From assembly GCA_947302535.1 (NCBI GenBank), contig CAMYVX010000002.1, positions 7,341-71,340 of the forward strand: 64,000 nt of DNA, in the 5' to 3' direction. This stretch comes from an uncultured Bacillales bacterium. Lineage in GTDB: Bacteria > Bacillota_I > Bacilli_A > RFN20 > CAG-826. The translations under genes and the position numbers were made by a program. Below the pieces are notes generated by a model. That model saw nothing but the letters and a program-made list of their open reading frames with translations, did not search any database and was not told where the DNA came from. Positions 61,692 through 64,000 of this stretch are shown piece after piece. The stretch's first letter is position 1; each line of letters opens with the position of its first letter.

Positions 61692-62926
61692 TGACTATTG
61701 TCTATGGTCTTCTTTGTTTTATTTGCTTAATCATCATTTCTTTTACTACATATGATATTAAGTATTTATCTTTAGTTGATGAAGATTTTATCAACAACCT
61801 TCCTAAAGCTAAGAATTGTAAACTTGATAATAAGACACTTTATGAGAACAAAATTCTTTTCTTAGAATTGATCAATTTATTTGGTCTCTCTTTAGGCCTT
61901 ATGATGGCGTTTGTTTTAGGTAGAGAAATAGAATTAGCCCATAATATTGATTTAGCTTTTTCTCTTGAATACATTCTTGTTATTGTTTATGGAATTTTAG
62001 TTATATTCTTTGCTTATTTCTTACCCCGTGCTTTGGCAAGACGTCATGATAAATATGAGGACATTAGTTTAAAGGGAAAGATTTATCTTTCGGTTTACCC
62101 TTTATATTTGGTTAGTCGTGGCGTGAAAAGGTCGCTTAAAAAACAAAGTGAGGAAGAAGAAAAGATTGACGAAGATGTTCTTCATGAGATGGTTGATTCT
62201 TTCGAAGAAGAAGGTGTTATCGAAGAAGATGAAGCCGAAATGGTGAGGGGAGCGATTGATCTTCATAATATCGAAGCTCACGAAGTGATGACTCCTCGTG
62301 TTGATGTTTTTGCTATCGATGTTGAAGAAGATATTATTGCCTTATTCAAAAATGAAGATTTATTTATACACTCGCGTATTCCTGTTTATGAAGAAACTAT
62401 TGACCATATTATTGGGGTTGTTTCTTTAAAAGATTTATGCCGTGCTTATCTTAGTAAAGAAAAGATTGATTTACATTCTCTTTGTTATCAACCTTTATTC
62501 ATTCCTAGCAACATAATCATCACTGACTTATTAGATGAATTCAGAAACAGTAAAACTCATATCGCTGTTGTTTTAGATGAATTCGGTGGAACAAAAGGTA
62601 TTGTCACCATGGAAGACATATTAGAAGAAATAGTGGGCGATATTTATGATGAGATGGATGAAGTTGAAGAAGAAGTAATTGAAAAGAGTAATGGCAATAT
62701 GGTCGTTGATGGATCTATGAATGTCGATGACTTCTTCCAAGAAATTGGTTTTGAAGAAGAATATCAAACTGATTTCTTAACTGTCTCAGGTTTTATCCAA
62801 GAAATATTAGGTCGTTTCCCGAAAAAAGGAGACATTATCAATTTCCATAATTATCAATTCAAAGTCTTATCTCTTGATGGATTCGTTATTGATAAATTAG
62901 AGGTTAAAACAATTATTGAAGAATAA
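61691..62926 (+). CDS. CNNM/hemolysin-family CBS-CorC protein
   Basis: VMTPRVD, HSRIPVYE, DEFGGTKGIVTMEDILEEIVGDIYDEMD, CorC domain. Confidence 0.88.
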   Translation: MTIVYGLLCFICLIIISFTTYDIKYLSLVDEDFINNLPKAKNCKLDNKTLYENKILFLELINLFGLSLGLMMAFVLGREIELAHNIDLAFSLEYILVIVYGILVIFFAYFLPRALARRHDKYEDISLKGKIYLSVYPLYLVSRGVKRSLKKQSEEEEKIDEDVLHEMVDSFEEEGVIEEDEAEMVRGAIDLHNIEAHEVMTPRVDVFAIDVEEDIIALFKNEDLFIHSRIPVYEETIDHIIGVVSLKDLCRAYLSKEKIDLHSLCYQPLFIPSNIIITDLLDEFRNSKTHIAVVLDEFGGTKGIVTMEDILEEIVGDIYDEMDEVEEEVIEKSNGNMVVDGSMNVDDFFQEIGFEEEYQTDFLTVSGFIQEILGRFPKKGDIINFHNYQFKVLSLDGFVIDKLEVKTIIEE

Positions 62927-62929
62927 TTT

Positions 62930-64000
62930 ATGGAAAATCCTCTTAAACCCGTATTTATATTAATCGATAAAAATAAAACTGATCTTGATAAATCATTTGA
63001 ATTTCTTTTTCTTTTACGAACCGCTGGTTTATTTGCGAGGACCGACTTTTTTCAAGCAGTAGATTCTATTAATCCTTCTTATTATGTTGGTAAAGGAAAG
63101 CTATTTGAAATCAAAGCAGCAAAAGAAAAGTCCGATACTTTTCCTAATGTTTTTTTCCCTGGAAAAATTGAGCATTTGGTTCTTAATTTCGATGTAAATC
63201 CTCTACAAAAAAAGAATATTGAACAAATTACAGGCTTAAAAGTCATTGACTATACGTCGCTTATCCTCCTTATCTTTGAGATGAACGCTCATAGTAAGGA
63301 AGCTATCCTGCAAGTTGAGATTGCTAAGTATCAATATTTAAAGAATCAATTAATGGATGGGCATGCTTCTTATGCTCAAACTCGTGGTGGTTCTGTACGT
63401 AGTAAAGGGGTAGGAGAAAAACAAATTGAACTAGACCGTAGAACACTATCTTTACTTATTAAAGCCAAAGAAAAAGAACTAGAAGAAATCAAACAAGAAA
63501 GAAGGACTATGAGGGTTAAAAGAATCAAGTCTGGAATTCCTAATATTGTTGTCATTGGATATACCAACGCTGGTAAATCAACTTTGATGAATCTTCTTTT
63601 GGACTATTCAAAGAGCAAAGATAATAAACAGGTTTATGTTCAAGATGAATTATTCGCGACTTTAGAAACTTCCACTCGTTTAATTTCTTCTTATCGCTAC
63701 CCTCGATTTCTTTTAACGGACACAGTTGGTTTTATTGATGGACTTCCTTCCACTTTAGTAAAAGCTTTCCGCTCGACATTAGAAGAAATTAATGAGGCTG
63801 ATTTATTAATTCATGTTGTCGATATTTCTCAGCCATATTATGAAGAACATATTGAAGTGACTAATGATATTCTTAAACGTTTAAAAGTAAAAGATATTCC
63901 TATGATTTATTTATATAACAAAGTAGATAAATTAAGGGATGGTATCCCTTTCTTACCGAGTGATAATGAACTATATACTTCTTTAATTGATGAAGAAGAT
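62930..64000 (+). CDS. hflX: Ribosome rescue GTPase HflX (3' truncated)
   Basis: ATG at 62930; read directly from sequence: YVGKGK, RSKGVGEKQIELDRR, GYTNAGKST, LFATL, DTVGFI, AFRSTLEE, NKVD; no stop before the window end. Confidence 0.93.
   Translation, partial: MENPLKPVFILIDKNKTDLDKSFEFLFLLRTAGLFARTDFFQAVDSINPSYYVGKGKLFEIKAAKEKSDTFPNVFFPGKIEHLVLNFDVNPLQKKNIEQITGLKVIDYTSLILLIFEMNAHSKEAILQVEIAKYQYLKNQLMDGHASYAQTRGGSVRSKGVGEKQIELDRRTLSLLIKAKEKELEEIKQERRTMRVKRIKSGIPNIVVIGYTNAGKSTLMNLLLDYSKSKDNKQVYVQDELFATLETSTRLISSYRYPRFLLTDTVGFIDGLPSTLVKAFRSTLEEINEADLLIHVVDISQPYYEEHIEVTNDILKRLKVKDIPMIYLYNKVDKLRDGIPFLPSDNELYTSLIDEED

Overview
AT-rich chromosomal segment from a low-GC Bacillota. It is probably a small-genome, gut- or rumen-type Bacilli lineage (Erysipelotrichales/RF39/RFN20-like); this is inference from gene content and protein style. 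The standard bacterial code applies: the tsaE TGA stop overlaps the tsaB ATG. Most of the window is housekeeping: ftsH-dusB-lysS, rpsF-ssb-rpsR, gdpP-rplI-dnaB-yycJ-rlmH, tmRNA, degV, a surface-polysaccharide locus, ung, TPP riboswitch-thiT, tsaEB-rimI-tsaD-asnS, pcrA-ligA-gatCAB-galE, tRNA-Arg and tRNA-Ala, trpB, two CBS/CNNM genes and hflX. The notable part is a ~10-kb accessory block directly after rpsR (5333-15280). There, unrelated cargo modules are separated by five diverged copies of a ~140-nt structured element that I do not recognise. The modules are a HipBA-like toxin-antitoxin pair, a large exported protein, three tandem Nif11-type leader peptides with zinc-ribbon-like Cys cores, a C-terminally anchored surface protein and a CotH lipoprotein. 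The element ends in an intrinsic terminator and has an alternative antiterminator-like pairing. No integrase or transposase is visible in the window. Other oddities are an HTH-TrpB fusion with repeats over its own promoter, a tRNA-Ala with a C15/A48 tertiary pair, and many apparently leaderless genes. All calls come from reading the sequence and ORF track by eye; no searches were run.
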